From positions 1 through 24,219 of the IMG/VR virus record IMGVR_UViG_3300037419_001314: DNA of 24,219 bases; one strand, given 5' to 3'. Below the pieces are notes generated by a model. That model was not told where the DNA came from. It worked only from the letters and a program-made list of their open reading frames with translations, and ran no database searches. Positions within the stretch are counted from its first letter, which is position 1, and each line of letters opens with the position of its first letter. A program made the position numbers and the translations under genes. The DNA comes from a virus (lineage: Duplodnaviria > Caudoviricetes). Shown here in pieces: positions 8,571 to 16,538 of the stretch.

Positions 8571-9335
8571 ATGGGTAGATGGAAGAGCCTTGTCTTGCTG
8601 CCGGACCTTCAAGTCCCGTTGCATGACCGGAAGTACGTAGACGCTCTCGTCCGGTTCGTACGCGAATTCAAGCCGGATGAGCTTCACAACGTGGGCGATT
8701 TGGTGGACTCCCCGGAGCCTGCCCGCTGGAATAAGGGCATGGCTGGCGAATTCCTGCCGACTCTTCAGAAGGGCTTTGATGAGTCGATCGCCATTAACCG
8801 CGCGTTCCGTGACGCGCTGGGAGACAAGCCGTTCCATCTGAAGACCGGTAACCACGATGAGCGCACGGAAACGTACGTGCAGAAGTACGCTCCCGCGTTG
8901 GCTTCCCTCCGGGCTTTGAAGCTTGAGGATTTGCTTGAAGCTGACTCGTACGGGCTGAAGGTCGAGCGCAGTATTTATGACGTTGCGCCCGGTTGGGTTA
9001 TTGCCCACGGTCACGAGGGCGGTTCCTCGCGTACCCCCGGTGGAGTTGCTTTCGGGCTGTCTACGTCGATCGGCAAGAGCGTTGCTTGTGGACACACGCA
9101 CAAGGTAGGTTTGATCGCAAGCGCCGAGGGCTATAACGGGCGGTTGAAAAACCGTTTCGGCCTTGAAGTTGGGCACGCTATGGACGTGCGAAAGGCGCAT
9201 TACCTCAAGACCGGTGGAGCCAAGTGGACCCAGGGCTTCGGAATCCTGCGAGTCAAGGGCAACACGGTTATTCCTGAGGCTGTCATCGTCCAGGGACGCA
9301 GCTTCGTAGTCGAAGGCAAGACGTACGACTTTTAG
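8571..9335 (+). CDS. Calcineurin-like metallophosphoesterase
   Basis: PDLQ, GDLVD, GNHD, HGH, GHTH motifs. Confidence 0.9.
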   Translation: MGRWKSLVLLPDLQVPLHDRKYVDALVRFVREFKPDELHNVGDLVDSPEPARWNKGMAGEFLPTLQKGFDESIAINRAFRDALGDKPFHLKTGNHDERTETYVQKYAPALASLRALKLEDLLEADSYGLKVERSIYDVAPGWVIAHGHEGGSSRTPGGVAFGLSTSIGKSVACGHTHKVGLIASAEGYNGRLKNRFGLEVGHAMDVRKAHYLKTGGAKWTQGFGILRVKGNTVIPEAVIVQGRSFVVEGKTYDF

Positions 9336-9378
9336 TCTGCGCTGAAACTGTTATTGAGCAAAGGAGATAGCAACGTAT

Positions 9379-9990
9379 ATGAACTGGGACCACGTAACGA
9401 CGCTCGCTGATCAAGCCGCCAGAAAGGTTGCCCAGGGCTACCCTGGCATTGATCACGAGGATATTCGGCAGGAAATCCTTACCGCTGCTTGGTCGAATCC
9501 GAACAGTCTTGAGGGCTTGACGGATGCCCAGCTGGTGAAGACTTTCAAGAGCACTGGCAACCGCTACGCGGCGACTGAGCGGTACGACTTCATGCACCAT
9601 TCCGCTCAGTACGTTTACACGCCTGCTGAAGTCCGGGTGCTGTTCGGAGCGTTCTTCAATCGGGGGCTCTGGGAGAAAGCGCCTTTGAAGGATGACAGCA
9701 CGAGGGTTTCAGCTGGTGGCGTAGTCGTCGCTCTGTGGGACCTTGATAAGGCTTACGACCTTTTGACTTCTGATGAGCGAGTGGTTATCGCCAAAAAGCA
9801 CGATGAGTTTCCGGATGACGCTCTGTCTCCGGCTGACCAGAAGCGCTATGAGCGAGCGATTGACAAGGTGGTTCGCTCCCTTAACCGGCGCGTCGTCATG
9901 ACTGACGTTGAGCGTGACGATCACGAGGGCCCTGGTTCCCGTCGCGCTATCTCGAATGCATCTGCCCGCTACGCAACTTCGGAGGTTTGA
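9379..9990 (+). CDS. Sigma-factor-like DNA-binding protein
   Basis: AARKVA..YPGIDHEDIRQEI (region 2-like) and DLDKAYDLLTSDERVVI (region 4-like); position typical of actinophages. Confidence 0.65.
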   Translation: MNWDHVTTLADQAARKVAQGYPGIDHEDIRQEILTAAWSNPNSLEGLTDAQLVKTFKSTGNRYAATERYDFMHHSAQYVYTPAEVRVLFGAFFNRGLWEKAPLKDDSTRVSAGGVVVALWDLDKAYDLLTSDERVVIAKKHDEFPDDALSPADQKRYERAIDKVVRSLNRRVVMTDVERDDHEGPGSRRAISNASARYATSEV

Positions 9991-9992
9991 TT

Positions 9993-10160
9993 ATGGATTC
10001 CTGTGGTGTTCTGATCGTCGCTTTCCTCGCTGGTCTGGGGATTGACATGCTGCTCGCTTGGGCTGTCGCGGCCATTTGGTCGCTTCCGTTCTGGCCCGTA
10101 CTGCTGACGATCCTGTTGCTCGGTTTCTTCGTCGGCCTTCTTACTGCCGGGAGCCGCTGA
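9993..10160 (+). CDS. Small membrane protein (55 aa, ~2 TM)
   Basis: GGAGG RBS; MDSCGVLIVAFLAGLGIDMLLAWAVAAIWSLPFWPVLLTILLLGFFVGLLTAGSR. Confidence 0.65.
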   Translation: MDSCGVLIVAFLAGLGIDMLLAWAVAAIWSLPFWPVLLTILLLGFFVGLLTAGSR

Positions 10161-10313
10161 ATGGAAATCGTCTGGGGAATCCTGTTCTTTGTGGTGATCA
10201 TGTTCGGGCTTTACTGGCTGATCACCCTGCTTACCTCGCTGGCTCTGACGCTGGCTCTGCGGTTCTACCCGCACAAGGTACAGAAGGGCATGCTGTGGCT
10301 CATTCCAAAGTAG
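10161..10313 (+). CDS. Small membrane protein (50 aa)
   Basis: MEIVWGILFFVVIMFGLYWLITLLTSLALTLALRFYPHKVQKGMLWLIPK; abuts the previous stop. Confidence 0.6.
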   Translation: MEIVWGILFFVVIMFGLYWLITLLTSLALTLALRFYPHKVQKGMLWLIPK

Positions 10314-10486
10314 AGCGGCTAGCTGACCGTATCGCGGTCAATTTCGATAACGAATATGACGACGATAGGCACGGCTACTGGACCGCTTCGGCGGTCGGTG
10401 GCCTTGCCCGCTTCAAGTTTGAGCCTATCGAGGGTGGAGAGCCTGAGCTTTACGATGTGGAGGTTACGCGAGTTGACGGAAATTAA
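10295..10486 (+). CDS. Hypothetical protein
   Basis: GAAGGG RBS before GTG 10295; MAHSKVERLADRIAVNFD... Confidence 0.55.
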   Translation: MAHSKVERLADRIAVNFDNEYDDDRHGYWTASAVGGLARFKFEPIEGGEPELYDVEVTRVDGN

Positions 10487-12548
10487 GTGGGGCCCTACCG
10501 GCGAAGCCGTTTACACGCGCACATACCAGCGGGTGAAGCCGGACGGTGCCCGCGAGACCTGGCCCGAGACCGTGACCCGAGTGGTTGACGGGAATATCGG
10601 GCTGGTTGACCCGAAGCACATTGAGCCAGGTGAGCGTGATCGGCTCATTGAGCTAATGACGGATTTCAAAATCCTTCCCGCTGGCCGTCACCTGTGGGCT
10701 AGCGGCGTACCGGGGCGACAGTTCCTGTTCAACTGTCACGTAGCCGGTTGGGGCGAGACCTTCTCTGAGCACTTCAAGTTCACGTTCCTTCGCCTCATGG
10801 AGGGTGGGGGGGTTGGCTCGAATTACTCCAGCCGCTTTCTCCGGCCCTACGGGGCCCCTCTGAGGACTCTTCGGGTCCATGTCGTCTGTGACCCTACCCA
10901 TGCGGATTACGAGGCTCTAAAGGCTGCTGGTGTCCTGTCTGAGACTTACACGCCGGATTGGCCGGGAGCCTATGAGGTAGCGGACTCCCGCGAGGGCTGG
11001 GCCGGGGCCCTAACAGACCTACTCGACACCTATTACCGGGACGACGTGAAGCACGCTGACCGCGTGTTTGACGTGACGTACGTCCGTCCAGCTGGTGCGC
11101 GGCTGAAGACGTTTGGCGGCACGGCATCTGGTCCGCTTCCCCTGGCCGTGATGCTCCATAAGGTCAGCGAGGTAATGAACGGCGCGCGCCCGCGCGCTTA
11201 CGCTGGCGCTGTTGGCTCGCCTTACCTCTCTCCGCTTGAGGCTATGGAGATTGACCACGCTATCGCGGAATGCGTTGTGTCTGGCGGTAATCGGCGCTCC
11301 GCGCGCATGTCTATTGTCGAGTGGGATGACCCCTTCATCTTCGATTTCATCGGCTGCAAGGCGGATACGTCGAAGCACTGGACTACCAATATCAGTGTCG
11401 CCGTGGATGACAATTTCCTGAGCTACCTTGACGATCGAGGCATTATTCAGCCGAGGGACGACAGTCCGTATATCTGGGCAAGGAACGTTCACAAGGCAGT
11501 CGTTAAGGGCATGCTCACGAATGGTGAGCCGGGGTATTGGAATCGTTCCCTGTCTCAGCAGGGCGAGCCTAACGAAGTGATCGCCACGAATCCTTGTGGC
11601 GAAATCACGTTGGAGGCTTGGGAAAACTGCAACCTAGGCCACGTCAATATGTCTGCGTTCGTGGATGCCGATCCCGGCTATGACGCTGGTGGACTCTGGA
11701 CCGCTCACCGGCTCATGGCTCGGTTCCTGATCCGGGCCACCTTCGGTGACGTGACCAGTGAGACTCAGGCTGAGAAGCTGGCAGCTAACCGGCGCATTGG
11801 CGTTGGGCACTTTGGGGTTCAAGGCTTCATTGCGAAGTGCGGAATGAAGTGGAGCGAAGCTCCGAAGAGTGGCGATTTCCGAGGACTGCTGTCTGACCTT
11901 CGGAACTACACGCGACAGGCAGCGCGTGAGTATGCCTTTCAGTTGCGAATTCCTGAGCCTGTGAAGGTGACTACGGTTGCGCCTACCGGGACGATTGCGA
12001 AGATGCCGGGGGCGACTGAAGGTATTCACCCGATCTACGCTCGCACCTTCCTTCGGCGCGTACGTTATTCGACCGTGGACCCTGACCAGGCTGCCGCTGT
12101 TGCCGACTTCCTGCACCAGGGATTCAAGGTGGAGACTGACCAGTATGACCAGTCGGGTAATACGGTTGTGGTCGAGTTCCCGACCGAGGACCCGCTGGTC
12201 AGTGAGGTTGAGGCGCTGGGATACCCGGCTGAATTGGTCGAGTCTGCGGATGAAATCAGCCTGCCTGACATGCTGGCTTTCCAGGCCATGTATCAGCAGT
12301 GCTACGCGGATAACGCGGTCAGCTTCACTGTCAACGTACCCGAAGGCGTTTACACGCCTCAGTATGTCTCGGAGCATTTGCTTGCGTGGCTCCCGGCGCT
12401 GAAGGGTACGACGATCATGCCGGACGGCACGCGGCCCCAGGCCCCGTATGAGCGGATCACTCAAGCCGAATATGAGGCGGCTACCGCGAAGACGGTTGCT
12501 GACGGCATCGATGAAGAGTGCGCTTCGGGAGCTTGCCCGATCCGCTAG
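10473..12548 (+). CDS. nrdJ: Class II (adenosylcobalamin-dependent) ribonucleotide reductase
   Basis: PAGRHLW, LFNC, GGGVG, TNPCGE, VAPTGT, C-terminal CASGACPIR; GGAGG RBS before TTG 10473. Confidence 0.93.
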   Translation: MTEIKWGPTGEAVYTRTYQRVKPDGARETWPETVTRVVDGNIGLVDPKHIEPGERDRLIELMTDFKILPAGRHLWASGVPGRQFLFNCHVAGWGETFSEHFKFTFLRLMEGGGVGSNYSSRFLRPYGAPLRTLRVHVVCDPTHADYEALKAAGVLSETYTPDWPGAYEVADSREGWAGALTDLLDTYYRDDVKHADRVFDVTYVRPAGARLKTFGGTASGPLPLAVMLHKVSEVMNGARPRAYAGAVGSPYLSPLEAMEIDHAIAECVVSGGNRRSARMSIVEWDDPFIFDFIGCKADTSKHWTTNISVAVDDNFLSYLDDRGIIQPRDDSPYIWARNVHKAVVKGMLTNGEPGYWNRSLSQQGEPNEVIATNPCGEITLEAWENCNLGHVNMSAFVDADPGYDAGGLWTAHRLMARFLIRATFGDVTSETQAEKLAANRRIGVGHFGVQGFIAKCGMKWSEAPKSGDFRGLLSDLRNYTRQAAREYAFQLRIPEPVKVTTVAPTGTIAKMPGATEGIHPIYARTFLRRVRYSTVDPDQAAAVADFLHQGFKVETDQYDQSGNTVVVEFPTEDPLVSEVEALGYPAELVESADEISLPDMLAFQAMYQQCYADNAVSFTVNVPEGVYTPQYVSEHLLAWLPALKGTTIMPDGTRPQAPYERITQAEYEAATAKTVADGIDEECASGACPIR

Positions 12549-12552
12549 AAAG

Positions 12553-12582
12553 TGGACAACTGAAGCTATACGTTGATAGTAC
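12553..12582 (+). promoter_or_regulatory. Putative promoter with an operator in the spacer
   Basis: TGGACA-N18-TAGTAC containing GAAGCTATACGTTGA (12562-12576); followed by a hairpin leader. Confidence 0.45.
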
Positions 12583-12655
12583 CGGACCGGGGGTCAGTCG
12601 ATCAAGAATCCTGGCCCCTGTCCGGGCCCAATTTCTTAGAAGGGAAATCACCATT

Positions 12656-13033
12656 ATGCAGACCTTTAAGAGCATCGTTGGCAGCCCTCTCACGGTAGGT
12701 GAGGGAGTCGTCAAGTGGCAGGGGGAGCGGACCGTGAGGGTTGCGTTCAACGAGAGCAGCACGCGCGTTTTCAGTCGGGAGACTGCCCGCCAGCTGGGCG
12801 AGGCTCTGATTGCTGAGGCTGACCGTGAGCCGGTGATCGAATTCAAGCCGGGTGATTTCATCCTTGAAACCGGTCTGAGCCAGAGCGGAATCTACTTGGT
12901 CCGTGAGGATGATCTTGTATTCATCATGAACAAGAATGGGGCTAACGGTGCGTGCGCGCCTTTCGTTTCCCGTCAGTACAAGCGGGACCAGGCGACGTCG
13001 GAGTTTTTCCAGAAGGTAGAGCTTGCCCAGTGA
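12656..13033 (+). CDS. Hypothetical protein
   Basis: GAAGGGA RBS, ATG 12656. Confidence 0.7.
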   Translation: MQTFKSIVGSPLTVGEGVVKWQGERTVRVAFNESSTRVFSRETARQLGEALIAEADREPVIEFKPGDFILETGLSQSGIYLVREDDLVFIMNKNGANGACAPFVSRQYKRDQATSEFFQKVELAQ

Positions 13034-13236
13034 AGGTCAAGACCGAGAACGTTAAGACCGTCACGATCACTCTTCAGGGTGATCGTGAGATTGAGCTTCT
13101 CGCTGGTCTCGTGGACTTCCCCAGTCACTACAGCCAGCCTCAGGAAATCCGTGAATTCCTGTCTGAACTGCAGGAAGAGCTTCCGGAGGCTAGCTCGCCG
13201 GAGCACATCGGCTATAAGGACGTAACGAATTTCTGA
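13030..13236 (+). CDS. Hypothetical protein
   Basis: GTGA overlap with the previous gene. Confidence 0.65.
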   Translation: MKVKTENVKTVTITLQGDREIELLAGLVDFPSHYSQPQEIREFLSELQEELPEASSPEHIGYKDVTNF

Positions 13237-13249
13237 GGGGGGAGTTGAC

Positions 13250-13444
13250 GTGAAGGCGATTACGAAGATTGAGAAGCTGCAAAAGCAGGCGGGATGTGAG
13301 GTTACGATCCTGCTTACCGGTCGGGTGAAGCTGGACGATCACGGCGCTGTCGGAATCGAGAGCGAAGACGGCACGTGGCGTTTCGTCACTCTGTACGACG
13401 ATGACTTTGAGCATGGCGCTCTAGTCCTCAAGGGGGATAAGTGA
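13250..13444 (+). CDS. Hypothetical protein
   Basis: GGGGGGAG RBS; 64 aa. Confidence 0.65.
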   Translation: MKAITKIEKLQKQAGCEVTILLTGRVKLDDHGAVGIESEDGTWRFVTLYDDDFEHGALVLKGDK

Positions 13445-13665
13445 CTGAGATTCCGCTTGAGACTCATGGCAGCCCTATCGACTCGCTGCAAGTAGCCCTT
13501 TACCGGGAGATTCACGAAGACGGTAAGCCGATTCGCGCCTATATCGCTGGTGTCTACAGCAATACCCGAAGCATGGTGTCCGTTGATTCGCCGGAGAAGT
13601 TGCGGGAATTCGCCCTTCAGGCGCTGAGGAGAGCGGTGGAATGGGAGATAGCTAATGGCGCGTAG
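13441..13665 (+). CDS. Hypothetical protein
   Basis: Coupled ORF, 74 aa. Confidence 0.65.
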   Translation: MTEIPLETHGSPIDSLQVALYREIHEDGKPIRAYIAGVYSNTRSMVSVDSPEKLREFALQALRRAVEWEIANGA

Positions 13666-13888
13666 CATCGGGTTTGAGAATAACGAGACGTTCCGGGCCG
13701 TTCACGTTACACGCTACGTGCAGACCGGCAAGACCGTTACCGGCTACGAAGGCCCCTATTCCAAGATCGGAACCGCTAGGGCTCGGGTGACGTACTGGCA
13801 GAACATGCGCCGGAGCCGGAACTATTCGGAGCATGTTGACGGCTGGGTTGAGCGAGCCGAAACGAAGTGGGAGAGGGTTCCTGAATGA
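13655..13888 (+). CDS. Hypothetical phage protein
   Basis: 77 aa; EGPY...GTARARVT...GWVE pattern. Confidence 0.7.
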   Translation: MARSIGFENNETFRAVHVTRYVQTGKTVTGYEGPYSKIGTARARVTYWQNMRRSRNYSEHVDGWVERAETKWERVPE

Positions 13889-14154
13889 CTGGAATGGAAG
13901 CACGCTGTAAGCACTATCGAGAGAAGCTGGTTGAGCCGAAGACTCCGACCTACGCGACGATCATTCCCGACCGATACCAGCAGCCGGTAAAGCTGCATAT
14001 GGGTATTGGTCAGGCTAAAGCGGCTATCGCTTACACCTATTGGTCTGGTGCTCGCGGAGGCGAGCTTTACCAGAAGACGGCTGAGGGTTGGGAATTGCTG
14101 TATCGCGTCGAGCGTGGAACGGCTACGGCTGACCTGCCTTGGAAGAGCAAGTAA
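13885..14154 (+). CDS. Hypothetical protein
   Basis: ATGA overlap; 89 aa. Confidence 0.7.
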   Translation: MTGMEARCKHYREKLVEPKTPTYATIIPDRYQQPVKLHMGIGQAKAAIAYTYWSGARGGELYQKTAEGWELLYRVERGTATADLPWKSK

Positions 14155-14316
14155 CCTAGCGTCACGGATCGCTATGCCGGCAGTCACGCTACGTGAAATT
14201 TAGTGATCTGCCTCAGACCGTTTAAACTGTGTGACACCCTTCCGACTCTCGCTGACACTTGAGGAAGATGGGCGCGGGCCCCGCTAGCTTCGGCTGGTCG
14301 GGGCCCGCTTTCGTTT
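14155..14316 (+). ncRNA. Candidate structured 3'-UTR-derived small RNA with an antisense loop
   Basis: Stems GTCAC/GTGAC, GGATCGCTA/TAGTGATCT, TCACG/CGTGA; CTTCC/GGAAG closes a loop that contains CTCTCGCTGACA; ends in a terminator. Confidence 0.5.
14274..14316 (+). terminator. Intrinsic terminator ending the replication/middle operon
   Basis: GCGGGCCCCG-CTAGC-TTCG-GCTGG-T-CGGGGCCCGC then TTTCGTTT. Confidence 0.8.
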
Positions 14317-14332
14317 ACCCTGATACTACGAT

Positions 14333-14361
14333 TGGACACGCCAGTCATGCTCCTGTATAGT
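14333..14361 (+). promoter_or_regulatory. SigA-type promoter
   Basis: TGGACA-N17-TATAGT. Confidence 0.65.
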
Positions 14362-14493
14362 TTGCGACGGATTGAACCACACGGCGAGCTGCGGCGGGGC
14401 CGGTAGGGGTTAAACCAACCCTGCCCATTTTCAGACCGGACCGTGTAAACAGCCTCTGTTACAAACCTGTGATCTGAATATTCGGGTTCTAGC

Positions 14494-14540
14494 TAGACGT
14501 TGATACTCGTATTGGGTAATGTTCTGTCTGTCAGCGAGAG
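14494..14540 (+). promoter_or_regulatory. Cassette promoter plus leader box
   Basis: TAGACG-N17-TAATGT then TGTCAGCGAGAG (14529-14540). Confidence 0.6.
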
Positions 14541-14565
14541 ACACCAACCCGAAGGGGAAACCGAA

Positions 14566-15474
14566 ATGGCAATCCAGACCCTCACCTGCCAGAACATTGA
14601 GTGCGGCAAGACTTGGACCCGGATTGCCACCGTAGGCCGTCCGCCGCTTTACTGCGACGACTGCAAGGGTAAGGCTTTCAAGGCCGAGGCTGAGGCGGAG
14701 GTTGCCACGATCGGTGACGCGCCGGTCCGCCACAAGGAATACGCAACCGTGATCGCCGTAGCCAAGACTCGCATTCCGGTCATGCTGGTAGGCCCTGCCG
14801 GTTCCGGCAAGACCACGATTGCTCGCCAGATCGCGGAAGACTTGGACCTGCCGCACTACATTGAGTCCTGCAACCCGCAGATGACCAAGTGGGATCTGAT
14901 GGGGTTCGTTGGCCCTAACGGGAACTACGTTCCCGGCATCATCCGTGACGCTTTCGAACACGGCGGAATTGTCCTGCTGGACGAGATGGACGCTTCGAAC
15001 CCGGCTCTGCTGGTCTCGATCAACAATATTGCAGCCTGCTCCGTGGGCGAGACCGTGAACTTCCCTGACGGAACTTCGATTCCGAAGCACGAGGACTTCA
15101 TCCTGATTGCCGGTTGCAACACCTTCGGTGACGGAGCTTCGGAGCAGTACGTTGGTCGTGAGGTTCTGGACGCTGCGACCCTTGACCGGTTCGCTTGCAT
15201 TGAATTCGGTTATGACGAAGCGCTTGAGCGTCGGCTTGCTGGTGACGACATGCGCGAGTGGGTTGGGTTTGTTCAGGCTGTGCGCGCCACTGTCGCCGAG
15301 CTTGGAATTGACCTGCTGGTCACGCCGCGCGCCACGATCAACGGAGCGAAGCTCCTGCGGGCCGGAATGGACCGTAAGACGGTTGAGGCTCTGACTGTCT
15401 GGAAGGGGGTTTCCCCGGACGCTAAGCGCTCTATCGTGGCTTCCCTGGCCCAGCGTCAGCGCTTCGCTTCCTGA
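14566..15474 (+). CDS. MoxR/CbbQ/CobS-like AAA+ ATPase with an N-terminal zinc ribbon
   Basis: C-x4-C...C-x2-C; Walker A GPAGSGKT; Walker B LLDEMD; LDAATLDRF; TPRA. Confidence 0.88.
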   Translation: MAIQTLTCQNIECGKTWTRIATVGRPPLYCDDCKGKAFKAEAEAEVATIGDAPVRHKEYATVIAVAKTRIPVMLVGPAGSGKTTIARQIAEDLDLPHYIESCNPQMTKWDLMGFVGPNGNYVPGIIRDAFEHGGIVLLDEMDASNPALLVSINNIAACSVGETVNFPDGTSIPKHEDFILIAGCNTFGDGASEQYVGREVLDAATLDRFACIEFGYDEALERRLAGDDMREWVGFVQAVRATVAELGIDLLVTPRATINGAKLLRAGMDRKTVEALTVWKGVSPDAKRSIVASLAQRQRFAS

Positions 15475-15484
15475 GGGTTTAAAC

Positions 15485-15506
15485 GGGGGCCGGGAAACCG
15501 GCCCCC
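15485..15506. terminator. Terminator-like hairpin
   Basis: GGGGGCCGG-GAAA-CCGGCCCCC, no T-tract. Confidence 0.6.
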
Positions 15507-15511
15507 ATAGC

Positions 15512-15559
15512 TTGACCTATACGTTGATCCTATGATTGAATCTCTCTTGTCAGCGGGAA
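15512..15559 (+). promoter_or_regulatory. Cassette promoter plus leader box
   Basis: TTGACC-N18-TTGAAT (atypical -10), operator at 15517-15527, TGTCAGCGGGAA at 15548-15559. Confidence 0.5.
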
Positions 15560-15581
15560 TTCGACTAGAAGGGCCGGAGAA

Positions 15582-16421
15582 ATGGCGATCATTGAGCGCA
15601 AGTGGAACAGCCTCGCGGAATTCATTGACTACGCGAGCGGGCCGTCCGCGATGCAGTTCGGGGACCGTTCTAGCCGTCGCTCTGACTCGTCTTACGGTGG
15701 CGGATTCTTCGGCACCGCGAACTACAGCGAGGCTGAGGCTCTGGCTTTCGCTTGGAAGGACGGCGCTGAGCGTATCGAGCGGGTACGGATTAAGGCCGCT
15801 CCGAAGGGTCAGCGGAAGCGCCAGGAAGCCACCCTTCGGGAGGTTGGCCCCGGAACCCTGAACATGGGCAATTACCTCACCGGTCACCCTCAGCCCTATG
15901 TGGTCATGACCGATGGACAGCGGATTAAGCCCGGTCGGAAAATCGTTCGAATCATGCTGAACGTCTGCGTCTCTGGTGGCGTTTCCGCCGCCACGATTGA
16001 GCGTCGTGGGGCCGGAGTTATGGCGCTGGCAGCTGCGCTTGAGGCTGCGGGCCGTCGCGTAGAAATCTCGGTCGGCATGGGGAATGGCTGGAAGAGCCAG
16101 GGTGATTTCTTGGATTACCGGATTCTCGTCAAGGGTGCCGCCGCGAAGCTGAACCCGCTTACGGTGGCTTTCGCTGTAGCTCACCCGAGCATGCTTCGCC
16201 GGTTCTTTTTCTCCGCTATGGAGCGTGAAGACGCTGCGACTCGCCGGAAGTTTGGGGCCCGTTCTGGTGGCGGTTACGGCTACGTGGCTGAGCTTGAGAC
16301 TGACGCTGACGTGATCTATCTCGGCGGGGCCATGATGTACGACTCGGCTTGGGAGTCTGACGCAGCTACGGCTAAATGGGTTCGTGAGCAGTGCGAGGCG
16401 CAAGGCGTGAAGTTCGCCTGA
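15582..16421 (+). CDS. vWA-like partner of the AAA ATPase
   Basis: IVRIMLNVCVSGGV beta-strand with a degenerate MIDAS, LEAAGRRVEI, AHPSMLRR; follows a MoxR-type ATPase. Confidence 0.6.
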   Translation: MAIIERKWNSLAEFIDYASGPSAMQFGDRSSRRSDSSYGGGFFGTANYSEAEALAFAWKDGAERIERVRIKAAPKGQRKRQEATLREVGPGTLNMGNYLTGHPQPYVVMTDGQRIKPGRKIVRIMLNVCVSGGVSAATIERRGAGVMALAAALEAAGRRVEISVGMGNGWKSQGDFLDYRILVKGAAAKLNPLTVAFAVAHPSMLRRFFFSAMEREDAATRRKFGARSGGGYGYVAELETDADVIYLGGAMMYDSAWESDAATAKWVREQCEAQGVKFA

Positions 16422-16426
16422 CCAGC

Positions 16427-16446
16427 GGGGGCCCTTCGGGGCCCCC
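16427..16446. terminator. Terminator-like hairpin
   Basis: GGGGGCCC-TTCG-GGGCCCCC. Confidence 0.65.
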
Positions 16447-16467
16447 AAAATTGGGGCCCGTTTAAAC

Positions 16468-16514
16468 TAGACATTGATCCTAGACGTTGATAGTGTCTCT
16501 CTTGTCAGCGAGAA
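16468..16514 (+). promoter_or_regulatory. Cassette promoter plus leader box
   Basis: TAGACA-N17-TAGTGT, tandem operators, TGTCAGCGAGAA at 16503-16514. Confidence 0.65.
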
Positions 16515-16538
16515 ACCCTCACAGGAAGGGCACCAGCC

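Noticed and set aside
10356-10472. N-terminal extension of NrdJ in the ORF track
   Set aside because: It overlaps an upstream gene. The GGAGG-TTG start at 10473 gives a typical N-terminus.
10464-10595. VTRVDGN at the end of the small ORF resembling VTRVVDGN in NrdJ
   Set aside because: The match is short and gapped, and probably chance.
10473-12548. Intein or intron in nrdJ
   Set aside because: The ORF is continuous at about 690 aa, with no splice motifs or homing endonuclease insert.
14155-14316. tRNA gene in the structured intergenic regions (also 17637-17897)
   Set aside because: No TTCRA T-loop or cloverleaf with canonical spacing was found by eye.
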